Shown here: positions 1-7,603 of the stretch, in pieces
How the letters are laid out: each line of letters begins with the position of its first letter
Numbering within the stretch: the first letter of the stretch is position 1
Virus record (IMG/VR): IMGVR_UViG_3300037692_000627
Location: 1 to 35,230 of that record
DNA: 35,230 nt
Source of the DNA: a virus
Lineage: Duplodnaviria > Caudoviricetes
Reading direction: 5' to 3' (one strand)
Program-made: the position numbers and the translations under genes
Notes under the pieces: generated by a model
Told to the model about the DNA's origin: nothing
Databases searched by the model: none
The model's input: only the letters and a program-made list of their open reading frames with translations

Positions 1-2
1 TA

Positions 3-125
3 GCTGTCGAGTGCGATTGCGGAAATCGTGGCCCAGAAATACCAGCGTGGCTAGAGTTGTCGTGTGATGACCGCCAATCGTGGGAGGTTGATAAACTGGC
101 ATTCGACGGGTGGAATGCACTCTAA
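3..125 (+). CDS. 3' end of a small Cys-containing protein resembling the Lar (restriction alleviation) family; partial, probably a cassette ORF
   Basis: The frame from position 3 reads AVECDCGNRGPEIPAWLELSCDDRQSWEVDKLAFDGWNAL*. The V.C.CG..GP...A...WN pattern resembles the Lar C-terminus. The TAA stop lies inside the CTCTAAC core of the attC. Confidence 0.55.
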   Translation, partial: AVECDCGNRGPEIPAWLELSCDDRQSWEVDKLAFDGWNAL

Positions 126-222
126 CGCCAAAATAACCGGCTGCGACGTGCTACTGGCGAACTACCGCCCCCTTCGGGGCAGCACTGACGGTGTTCAGTC
201 CGTGTTGATTTTTTGGTTAGGC
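120..222 (-). mobile_element. attC: integron attC recombination site with VCR-like architecture
   Basis: The minus strand reads GCCTAAC-CAAAA-AAT(C)AAC(A)CGG(A)CTG...CAG-CCG-GTT-ATT-TTGGC-GTTAGAG. This gives an RYYYAAC inverse core, a GTT core, and paired L boxes with three unpaired bases (C, A, A) spaced as in V. cholerae repeats. Length is 103 bp, with an internal GCCCC/GGGGC hairpin. Confidence 0.85.
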
Positions 223-451
223 GATTAATTTAAGGAGACGCAATATGAAAACGAAAGAACCCGGTATGTATGCCTGCAATGACCCAAGATATCCCCAGGT
301 TCATGTCGAAGAATTTTTAATTTGTCGACAAGACGATAACAGTGTGTGGATACAAACTGACGACGGGGAAGGTTGTCAGTTTTCGGATGAACTATTCGGA
401 ACATTTATCCGAAACTTTTACAAACAACATCGATAATTGACCCTTGCCTAA
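126..451 (-). mobile_element. integron-type gene cassette (326 bp) carrying one ORF antisense to its attC
   Basis: On the minus strand it starts at G^TTAGGC (452-446), exactly complementary to the GCCTAAC inverse core of its own attC (222-216). It contains one AT-richer ORF with its own RBS. Confidence 0.75.
245..436 (+). CDS. hypothetical 63-aa cassette protein
   Basis: AAGGAG RBS precedes the ATG. The ORF fills the space between the two recombination cores and is more AT-rich than neighbouring genes. Confidence 0.75.
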   Translation: MKTKEPGMYACNDPRYPQVHVEEFLICRQDDNSVWIQTDDGEGCQFSDELFGTFIRNFYKQHR

Positions 452-503
452 CAGGGAATAGACGGTAACCGCTCCAACGGATAGAACGGTTACCGTGCTA
501 TTC
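446..503 (-). mobile_element. array anchor site (attI-like or degenerate attC) with a 16-bp hairpin
   Basis: The minus strand reads GAATAG(C)ACGGTAACCG-N15-CGGTTACCGTCTATTC-CCT-GTTAGGC. It has a perfect GTTRRRY core and one bulged base, but no AAC at the position expected for an attC inverse core. Confidence 0.55.
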
Positions 504-504
504 A

Positions 505-556
505 TCACCAGTTTATCCCGGGATCTTTTGTTTTTCAGGGAGGCATGTCGCCTCCC
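505..556 (+). promoter_or_regulatory. conserved upstream element copy 1 (TCACCAGTTT-N7-GATCTTTT plus hairpin)
   Basis: Motif at 505-529 and hairpin GGGAGGC/GCCTCCC at 538-556, upstream of ORF 595. The motif recurs in four other intergenic regions. Confidence 0.7.
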
Positions 557-594
557 GACATCGACGGGGGAGCGCCCCCAAAGGAGATATCGCG

Positions 595-1890
595 ATGAGC
601 GAAGAACAGTTGGACCATAACACGGCCCTGCATCATTTGATCGAAACGGGAGACGCGGAAGAGGTTTCCATGATTCTGGGTCATAAGGATCGCCTCCGGT
701 GCGGCGGGGTTATTCGGACGGGCGTCAAGGTCATCAAGTCGTCAGCATCGGCCGATCAGAAAAAACTTTTCGCCGAACTTGAGGCTCAGGGATTCGGGTA
801 TGACGATATAGATCGCAAGCTCGGAGGTGCTCCGAAAACCTCGAAGTCCCTGCTTTATCCCAAAAATGTAGATTTCTTCGTGATTCGGGATAGTGATTTC
901 ACTCGCGCTGCGGATGCGCAGTATATTCGTGAGCATTTTGCTGATCCAGATGGCAAGGTGCGCCGGTTCCCTGTCTGGTTTTCTGTCGGAGAGATTGATC
1001 GGGCGATCCCTCATGGGTTTCGTGCGTTTGATGGATCCGGCCTGGCGGCGGCCTCCTTTTACGAAGGGAAGGATCTCAAAGTTCGCTATCTGCCCAAGGG
1101 TCACGTTGGTCCCTCCAAACGGGAGCATTGGAAGGTTGCTCCCTTTGATCCCAACAAGGATGAACGGTCGCCTGCTGGGCACAAAATGGATTTCGGCGGG
1201 TTTTATCGTTTCAATGTCCCGGGTCTGCGTGGTTTTGATGAAATCGTCATTCCGACCCGCTCCTGGTATGGGATGTCCTATTCGGTCGCTCTGCTTCGGA
1301 GGGTCATCTCTATCCTCGGTCGCTTTGGTGGTTTACTCGATGGTCAGCCGTTTTTCGAGATGGTCAAGAGTCCAGAGGAGGTTCGTGACCCGAAGGGGAA
1401 TCGCGTGATTCAGTTCATTCCCGTTCTCGAGCTTTCCATCGATCCCATGGAACTGGCGCGGTATGCCGAGCCGGGCGCTGCTGCAATCCGGGCGCAAAAA
1501 GCCATGGCGACGTTGACCGGTTCTGCTTTTGAGGTTCCTGCCAAAACGCGCCAGGCTGCTGCGGCGGAGACGCCCGATTCATGGGGTACGCCGGAAGAGA
1601 CGGAAGCGGTCGATGGCCCCGGGGAATCACAGGAGGATCAGAAGGCGCGAAAGGTGGCGATGGACTACTTTCAGAAGGCCGCCGGTCTCATCGGGGTTTC
1701 CTGGGAGCAGCTCGCGACCTGGGCTGTGCTGGAACGGACACAGGGGGTTGCTCTTTCAGACGTTTCTGTCGCCGAACTGCGAACCCTGGCGGCTTATCTG
1801 CGCGGGGAATGCGCTCCTGCGAAAATCGAAGCGCTGGCTCTGACCATTCGGACGGAGGCCGAGAAGTTTGGGGTTTCGGGTAAAAAATGA
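595..1890 (+). CDS. gp3-like (recombination directionality factor-like) phage recombination/replication protein
   Basis: 431 aa with an AAGGAG RBS. The N-terminal RL..GG.IR.G.K...P...DFF pattern resembles the phiC31 gp3-like family, followed by an acidic linker and a small C-terminal domain. It sits next to an exonuclease and SbcCD. Confidence 0.55.
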   Translation: MSEEQLDHNTALHHLIETGDAEEVSMILGHKDRLRCGGVIRTGVKVIKSSASADQKKLFAELEAQGFGYDDIDRKLGGAPKTSKSLLYPKNVDFFVIRDSDFTRAADAQYIREHFADPDGKVRRFPVWFSVGEIDRAIPHGFRAFDGSGLAAASFYEGKDLKVRYLPKGHVGPSKREHWKVAPFDPNKDERSPAGHKMDFGGFYRFNVPGLRGFDEIVIPTRSWYGMSYSVALLRRVISILGRFGGLLDGQPFFEMVKSPEEVRDPKGNRVIQFIPVLELSIDPMELARYAEPGAAAIRAQKAMATLTGSAFEVPAKTRQAAAAETPDSWGTPEETEAVDGPGESQEDQKARKVAMDYFQKAAGLIGVSWEQLATWAVLERTQGVALSDVSVAELRTLAAYLRGECAPAKIEALALTIRTEAEKFGVSGKK

Positions 1891-1892
1891 TT

Positions 1893-1947
1893 TCACCAGT
1901 TTGTTTCTTGATCTTTTAGCCGGCGGAGGGGAATTTCCCCCTCCGCC
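1893..1947 (+). promoter_or_regulatory. conserved upstream element copy 2
   Basis: TCACCAGTTT-N7-GATCTTTT at 1893-1917, then hairpin GGCGGAGGGG/CCCCTCCGCC at 1922-1947. Confidence 0.7.
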
Positions 1948-1968
1948 ATTCCTATCTGGAGGTTACTC

Positions 1969-2643
1969 ATGGACGTGCATCTCGATATCGAAACAATTCC
2001 CAGCCAGAAACCAGGCATTCTCAGTGAAATCCGCCAGGATCTCTCCCCTCCTGGCAATATCTCGAAAGCCGAAACCATCGCCAAATGGTGGGCCGAGTCG
2101 GCGGATTCGGCTGCCTTGGAACAGTGGCTTAAAACATCCTTCGACGGCAGCCGTGGTGAACTGGTCGTCGTCGGTTTTGCCGTCGGTGATGGAGGGGTTG
2201 CCAGCCGCTATCGCAATCTCGGCGAGTCCGAAGGGGATCTGCTGCAGGCTGCCTTCGACGACCTCGATGCTCTGCTCGTGAAGGCCGGAGCGTCGTCGGC
2301 TCCTCGTTTCGTAGGACATAACATTATCAGCTTCGATCTCCGTTTTCTCTATCAGCGAGCGGTAATTCTGGGAATCAAGCCGCCCTTTCTGCTCCCCACC
2401 GAAACCCGTTATAACGGCGATCTCGTCTTCGACACCATGCTGGCCTGGGCTGGATGGGGCAATCGTATTCCCCTGGTTCGGCTCTGCGAGGCTCTCGGCA
2501 TCAAGGTGAAATCCGGCGGGATCGACGGTTCGAAGGTCTGGGAATATGTGCAGGCCGGTCGCGTCCAGGAGGTGGCCGGGTATTGCGAAGAAGACGTTTT
2601 CGCCGGGCGCCAGGTTGCCAAGCGTCTCCAGTGGGAGGTGTGA
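1969..2643 (+). CDS. 3'-5' exonuclease, DnaQ/PolB-exo-like (RNase H fold)
   Basis: ExoI LDIET, ExoII GHNIISFD and ExoIII YCEED motifs, plus FDTM. GGAGG RBS. Confidence 0.9.
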   Translation: MDVHLDIETIPSQKPGILSEIRQDLSPPGNISKAETIAKWWAESADSAALEQWLKTSFDGSRGELVVVGFAVGDGGVASRYRNLGESEGDLLQAAFDDLDALLVKAGASSAPRFVGHNIISFDLRFLYQRAVILGIKPPFLLPTETRYNGDLVFDTMLAWAGWGNRIPLVRLCEALGIKVKSGGIDGSKVWEYVQAGRVQEVAGYCEEDVFAGRQVAKRLQWEV

Positions 2644-2644
2644 T

Positions 2645-2821
2645 ATGCGGCGATTTCATGTTCAGATGGGATTCATCCGCCCTCCTTCGTATGGCGTGAC
2701 GGTGGAGGCCGCCTCCGTTGTCGAGGCGATCAAGATTGCCATGAACCAGGCGAAGCTCGAGGGTTTCGGGACGGCCATTAAAACCAGCGTCAAGGAGGTT
2801 CCCTGTGAAAATCCTGCATAA
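2645..2821 (+). CDS. hypothetical 58-aa protein
   Basis: GGAGGTG RBS, then an ATG at 2645 immediately after the exonuclease stop. Reads MRRFHVQMGF...VPCENPA. Confidence 0.65.
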   Translation: MRRFHVQMGFIRPPSYGVTVEAASVVEAIKIAMNQAKLEGFGTAIKTSVKEVPCENPA

Positions 2822-2840
2822 TATGACACGGGAGGTGTGA
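2805..2840 (+). pseudogene. relic N-terminus of the SbcD gene (MKILH...) left upstream of the HNH insertion
   Basis: AAGGAGG RBS followed by GTG AAA ATC CTG CAT (MKILH, the typical start of SbcD/Mre11 phosphoesterases). It then diverges and stops at 2840, over the RBS of the HNH gene. Confidence 0.55.
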
Positions 2841-2844
2841 CGGC

Positions 2845-3447
2845 GTGGACCTTCTTCAAGATCTTGGGACAAAAAAACAACCATCTAGCATGAAGTTTCT
2901 TCGGATGGGCCTGTTTCATTGCCTTTTTTGTGGAAAGCATGTTGAGCGTGGTCTGCGAGATGGGTTGAAAAACAAGTCTTGCGGGTGCGCTAGACGTGAT
3001 CTTCGGGCTACCCATGGTTTGACGCGAGGAGGGAAGATTGACCCTCTTTTAGTCGTCTGGTTTGGGATTAAGGCTCGTTGTTGCAATCCCAAACATTCAA
3101 CTTTTGAGCGCTACGGTGGGCGAGGAATCGTTGTGTGTAACGAGTGGCTCAATAATTCGCAATGTTTTTTTGATTGGGCACGTCGATCCGGATGGAGCAA
3201 GGGGTTTGAAGTCGACCGTCGGGATAATAATGGACCTTACTCTCCTGACAATTGTCGAATAGTTACCCACCTTGTGAATAGTCGCAATAGGCCAAGCACA
3301 AAACTGTCCATGCCTTTGGCGCGAGAGGTTCGCTCCATGTATGCCGCTGGTGGGAAAACACAACGCGAGGTAGGTCGGGTTTTTGGACTCGCATTAATTA
3401 CCGTGCATAGGCTAGTTAACAATAAAATATGGGAAGAAGGGAGTTAA
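2845..3447 (+). CDS. free-standing HNH homing endonuclease-like protein
   Basis: CxxCG...KSCGC, THG, RC.NP....RYGGRGI.VC.EW and DR.DNNG.Y.P.NCR.VT...N..N motifs, with a C-terminal HTH-like segment. Lower GC than its flanks. Confidence 0.85.
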   Translation: MDLLQDLGTKKQPSSMKFLRMGLFHCLFCGKHVERGLRDGLKNKSCGCARRDLRATHGLTRGGKIDPLLVVWFGIKARCCNPKHSTFERYGGRGIVVCNEWLNNSQCFFDWARRSGWSKGFEVDRRDNNGPYSPDNCRIVTHLVNSRNRPSTKLSMPLAREVRSMYAAGGKTQREVGRVFGLALITVHRLVNNKIWEEGS

Positions 3448-3450
3448 ATT

Positions 3451-4674
3451 ATGTTGACCGTTTTACATACAGGTGATTGGCATATCGGACCAAATGCGGA
3501 AACACGGAAGGAAACCGTTCGTTGTGTTTCGGTTTTACTGGATGAAGCCGAACGAAACCCACCGGTCGTGATCATCATTGCCGGTGATACGCTGGATGAA
3601 CTTCAGGGTCGCATCATGCTCGACTCCGAGGCCGCCCGTGCCGCTATCGACTTGGTCGAAAGAGCGGCCAATATTGCCCCGGTCGTCATGGTTCGAGGGA
3701 CGAAGAGTCACGATCGTGAGTCTCCGGGAATCTTCCGACACCTGCGGACTCGGCATCCGATTCTGGTTGCCTCTGAACCGAAGCATGTTCTTCTCTGCCG
3801 CTCGGCTCCCGACGGGGCATTCTTTTTTACCGTCGCCGACGGCAAGTCCCATGCCGAGATTGTGGCGGCTTTTACTCTCCTTCCTTCCATCGATAAGGCT
3901 TGGGTTGCAGCGACCTTCCCCGATGGGATCCGGGAGGGCAATGCCCACTATCGCGAATTACTGCATGATCTTCTTGGCGGTTTCGGCCTGATGAATGAAC
4001 CCCTGTCCTGCCCTCGCATCCTTGTTGGGCATGGAATGGTCACCGGCGCCTGCTTCTCAACTGGCCAGGAGGCGATTGGCGAGGATCTCGAGTTCGGTGT
4101 CGACACCCTTCGGGCGGCCAGGTGTGACTATGTCGCTCTCGGCCATGTTCATAAATTTCAGACCTTCGGCAAGGAGATCGCCTATTGCGGCTCCCCGGGC
4201 CGTCTCAATTTCGGCGAGAAGGAAGAGAAGGGGGCGCTCCTGGTTGACGTGGAGCGCGGCCAGGATCCGGTTCTGCGCTTTGTCCCGACACCGGCGCGGC
4301 GTTTCGTTTTCGCCGAGGTGGAGTGGAACGGACGGGAGGACATCGATGCCGAGGTGGCCCGGGTTGAATCCGAGTGCTCCGGAGCCCATGTCCGGGTGCG
4401 CTATACCATTCCCGAGGCCAATCGGCACGAAATCTCCCGAGCGGAGATCGAGGCGCGACTCCTGGCGGCCGGCGCCGTTGTCGTCAAGGTCGAGGCGCAG
4501 ATCATTCCGACGACCCGGCAACGGGCGGCGGGAATTTCCAAGGCGGCTTCCTTTCCGGAAAAGGTCCTCCGGTGGGGGGATGCGACTGGCATCGACATTC
4601 CTCCCCGGGTGATGGAGATCGCCAGGGTGATCGAGGGGTTGTCGGTGGAAGAGTTGAAAGGGAGGTTCCCTTGA
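3451..4674 (+). CDS. sbcD: SbcD/Mre11-like metallophosphoesterase nuclease
   Basis: Motifs DWH, AGD..D, GTKSHD (a variant of GNHD), GH, LGHVH, YCGS and FGE.EEKG. Located close to an SbcC gene. Confidence 0.9.
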   Translation: MLTVLHTGDWHIGPNAETRKETVRCVSVLLDEAERNPPVVIIIAGDTLDELQGRIMLDSEAARAAIDLVERAANIAPVVMVRGTKSHDRESPGIFRHLRTRHPILVASEPKHVLLCRSAPDGAFFFTVADGKSHAEIVAAFTLLPSIDKAWVAATFPDGIREGNAHYRELLHDLLGGFGLMNEPLSCPRILVGHGMVTGACFSTGQEAIGEDLEFGVDTLRAARCDYVALGHVHKFQTFGKEIAYCGSPGRLNFGEKEEKGALLVDVERGQDPVLRFVPTPARRFVFAEVEWNGREDIDAEVARVESECSGAHVRVRYTIPEANRHEISRAEIEARLLAAGAVVVKVEAQIIPTTRQRAAGISKAASFPEKVLRWGDATGIDIPPRVMEIARVIEGLSVEELKGRFP

Positions 4675-4970
4675 TTACGAAGGAAATTGTGATCGATGTC
4701 GCCAGGATGGAGTTTAGTTTATTTTCTATTCCAACCTTCTTCCGTCGTGAGCTTTGCCGGGAGGCCGCAGAGCAGTTTGTCTGGCCGAAAGTAGCGGCTG
4801 CGGCTGCGGTGGCAAATGAGTCCGACGAGGCGTTTTGGAAAACGGTTCGGGTGGAGGCGACGCTTGCCAATAACCGGTTGGAGGAATTAGAGGAAGATGT
4901 TCAATTGGAAGCGCAGAACCGGGTCAGGGCCTTTATTCGGAACGGGATAGTCCCTTCGTCGTCAGTTTGA
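4671..4970 (+). CDS. hypothetical 99-aa protein
   Basis: GGAGG RBS at 4661 and a TTG start overlapping the sbcD stop (TTGA). Fills the gap between sbcD and sbcC. Confidence 0.6.
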   Translation: MITKEIVIDVARMEFSLFSIPTFFRRELCREAAEQFVWPKVAAAAAVANESDEAFWKTVRVEATLANNRLEELEEDVQLEAQNRVRAFIRNGIVPSSSV

Positions 4971-5009
4971 GCTGCAATCTTTTCGTGAGCGGAGAGGCTT
5001 CCTCTCCGC
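4963..5009 (+). promoter_or_regulatory. conserved upstream element copy 3
   Basis: CAGTTT-N7-AATCTTTT at 4963-4983, then hairpin GCGGAGAGG/CCTCTCCGC at 4989-5009, upstream of sbcC. Confidence 0.65.
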
Positions 5010-5037
5010 CACGATTCAACAGCAAAGGAGCAATTCT

Positions 5038-7536
5038 GTGATTCTTAAATCTCTGCGCCTCAAAAACTTCAAGGGCCTCCTGGCCGGTGTCGGTCTCGAT
5101 GATGTGACCATCGACCTCTCGGAAATCAAGGGGGGGCTGATTGCCATCGTCGGCAGCAACGGAATGGGGAAGACGACCATCCTTGACAACCTTCATCCCT
5201 ACCGCATCATGCCATATAAGCTGCGCAAGGCGGCTGGCTGGTCGCCTGCGGCCTTCAACTACTATGATCAATGCCGTGGTGAGGCTCGCAAAGAGCTGGT
5301 CTTCGAGATGGACGGGACGCTCTATAAATCACTGATCCTGATCGATGCCGATCGGCGGAAGCAGGAGGCGTATCTGTATCGGTGGGAGGGCGACTGGATC
5401 CCCCTCTCCGACGGCAAGACCAAAACCTACGACGAACAGGTTGAGGCGCTCTGCGGAACGCCGTCGCTTTTTTTCACCTCGGTCTTCCGCTCCCAGGGGG
5501 CAAAAAACCTCAGCGACTATACCCGGGGGGACATCATGGGGATCGTCTCCGAACTCCTCAATATCGACCATATCCGCGAGCAGGGGGAAAAGGCCAAGGC
5601 TGTTGCCGATGCGCTCCTGATTGATCGGGATGGTTTTGCCCGGAAGGCGGCGGATTTGCAGTCCGGCCTCGAGGCCGAATCGGAGATCGTTCTCGGGCTT
5701 GAGGATCTGCGGCGGCGACTGGCCGGCATCGTTGCCGACGGCGATGCTCTCGATGCCGCGATCCTTCTTGATGAGGAGGCCCTGCGCAAGGCCGAGGCGA
5801 CCGTCGTGGCGCATGAGGGGTCGACCAAGCGCCTGGCGGAAAAATCGAAGGAATATGCCGAGGCCAAACGGGCTCTCGATGCGGTCGTTGCTGAGAGCAG
5901 CGCGGCCGTTGCGGAATGGGAGACTGCTCGTTCCAAGCGGGTTGCCGAGTCCCTGGTCGAGAAGAAGCGTCTGGCCGACGAGATCGTTGATGTCGAAGAC
6001 GATATGGACGCGACCAAATTGCGCCTGGCTGCGGAGTTCGCCGGGCTTGCCGTCAAGGTCGCTCGCTTCGAAAAAATCAAATCCGGTGCGGCTATGATCC
6101 GCGAGAAGGTTGCCGGGGAGGCCGATCTTGTCAAGGAAATCGACCGGCATGTTTCAGCTCTGGCCGAGGCGCGGATCTCTACGGCGGCCAAGCGCATGTC
6201 CCGCGAGGCAGCCGTCGGCCTGCAGGCCAAGATCGATGCGCTATCCAGCACCAGATCGTTGCTTCTCGGTCAGGCCGAGGGCATGGCTTTCCTCGATTGT
6301 CGCGCCGACGGCAGTGGTTGGATCAATGAGACCTGTTCCCTGCTCTCCGGTGCGATCGCTGCACGGGACAAGGCAGAGGCTGTGGCCGAGGAAATCGCGG
6401 CGCTGGAAAAGGGGCCACGGCTCCTTGGGGACCTGGATGGGTCGACTCTTGCGTCCGCACTCGAGGCCGAGCAGCAGATCGAAAAGGAGTTGATTCGCCT
6501 TCGGGGTCTGCAGGCCGAGGCTGCTCCGTTTATTCGGCTTCTTCCCGAGTTGGAGCAGGCCGAGGAACAGCTGGTGTTTCTTTCCGCTCGGAAGACCGAA
6601 CTCAGCGCCGAGCTGGAGACGGCTATGGATCGGTGCCGGACCAAAAAAGACAGTCTTCAACAGCGGATCGATCAGATCGTCCTGGCCAAAGAAGAGGCCG
6701 ATAAGGAGTTCGGGGTCAAGATTGCGCAGGTCATCGAAACCTTCACCGCCAAAGAGAAGTACCTGGGAGATCGGGCCCTGGCCCTGCAGTCAGAGGTTTC
6801 GGCCCTGGGGCTGTCTCTTCTGTCTGATCCGGCTGTCGAGGTGACCAGGTACCGCAGCCTTCTGGATGGGAAAAAAGCCGAGCGGAAGGGTGTCAATGAT
6901 TTCTTCGTGACCCTGTCGTCTTCGGTTTCGGTTGCCGAGTCGAAGCTCGCCGAGTTCGGCAAGCTCCGGGAACAGCTTTCGGTCCTTCAGAAGTCCCTGG
7001 ATGGGATCGATACCAACATCGCCGACTGGCGGCTCCTGCAGAAGGCCGGGAGCAATGACGGCATTATCGCCCTGGAGATCGACGATGCCGGTCCGACCAT
7101 TTCCGCAACGGCCAACGATCTGCTGCGGACCTGTTATGGTCCTCGCTTCTCGGTGCGGATTGAAACCCAGGCGGAGAAAAGCGGCGGGGGGTCCAAGGAA
7201 ACCTTCGACATTGCCGTCTTCGATTCCGAGACCAACGAGCAGCGTTCCATTACGGAAATGTCCGGCGGTCAGGTCTGCTGGATTGAGGATGCCCTGACCC
7301 GGGCGATCTGTCTCTTCAATATCGGCCGCAGCGACCGGACCTTCGGGACCCTGTATTCCGATGAAAAAGACGGGGCCTTGGATGCGTCACGAAAGCACGA
7401 ATTCATGGCGGTCAAGAGGCGGTCGATGGAACTGGGATCGCACGGGATGGAGCTTTTTATCACGCAGACGCCGGAATTGATTGACCTGGCCGACGGAGTG
7501 ATTGAACTGCTTCCGGGGCGGGTCGAGGTGCGTTGA
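5038..7536 (+). CDS. sbcC: SbcC/Rad50-like SMC ATPase
   Basis: Walker A GSNGMGKTT, long coiled coil with a central Cys pair, signature MSGGQ, and Walker B/D-loop LYSDEKDGALD. Confidence 0.92.
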   Translation: MILKSLRLKNFKGLLAGVGLDDVTIDLSEIKGGLIAIVGSNGMGKTTILDNLHPYRIMPYKLRKAAGWSPAAFNYYDQCRGEARKELVFEMDGTLYKSLILIDADRRKQEAYLYRWEGDWIPLSDGKTKTYDEQVEALCGTPSLFFTSVFRSQGAKNLSDYTRGDIMGIVSELLNIDHIREQGEKAKAVADALLIDRDGFARKAADLQSGLEAESEIVLGLEDLRRRLAGIVADGDALDAAILLDEEALRKAEATVVAHEGSTKRLAEKSKEYAEAKRALDAVVAESSAAVAEWETARSKRVAESLVEKKRLADEIVDVEDDMDATKLRLAAEFAGLAVKVARFEKIKSGAAMIREKVAGEADLVKEIDRHVSALAEARISTAAKRMSREAAVGLQAKIDALSSTRSLLLGQAEGMAFLDCRADGSGWINETCSLLSGAIAARDKAEAVAEEIAALEKGPRLLGDLDGSTLASALEAEQQIEKELIRLRGLQAEAAPFIRLLPELEQAEEQLVFLSARKTELSAELETAMDRCRTKKDSLQQRIDQIVLAKEEADKEFGVKIAQVIETFTAKEKYLGDRALALQSEVSALGLSLLSDPAVEVTRYRSLLDGKKAERKGVNDFFVTLSSSVSVAESKLAEFGKLREQLSVLQKSLDGIDTNIADWRLLQKAGSNDGIIALEIDDAGPTISATANDLLRTCYGPRFSVRIETQAEKSGGGSKETFDIAVFDSETNEQRSITEMSGGQVCWIEDALTRAICLFNIGRSDRTFGTLYSDEKDGALDASRKHEFMAVKRRSMELGSHGMELFITQTPELIDLADGVIELLPGRVEVR

Positions 7537-7547
7537 ATAGGAAGGGG

Positions 7548-7588
7548 AAAAAAGGGGGTGACGCTTTGAGCGTCACCCCCTTTTTTTT
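7548..7588. terminator. bidirectional intrinsic terminator between the convergent arms
   Basis: A6-GGGGGTGACGCT-ttg-AGCGTCACCCCC-T8. Confidence 0.92.
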
Positions 7589-7603
7589 GTCAAAGATTCA
7601 TGC

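Noticed and set aside
446-517. Plus-strand attC from GCCTAAC to GTTTATC
   Set aside because: The bulge asymmetry points to the minus strand, the spacing to GTT is wrong, and that GTTT belongs to the repeated CAGTTT motif.
505-529. LexA box (alphaproteobacterial GTTC-N7-GTTC)
   Set aside because: Copies read GTTT-N7-GATC or AATC and never match the consensus. The extra conserved flanks suggest a different element.
2820-3468. Group I intron interrupting sbcD
   Set aside because: The HNH ORF fills the interval, leaving no room for a ribozyme core. There is no terminal G at the would-be 3' junction, and sbcD has its own RBS and start.
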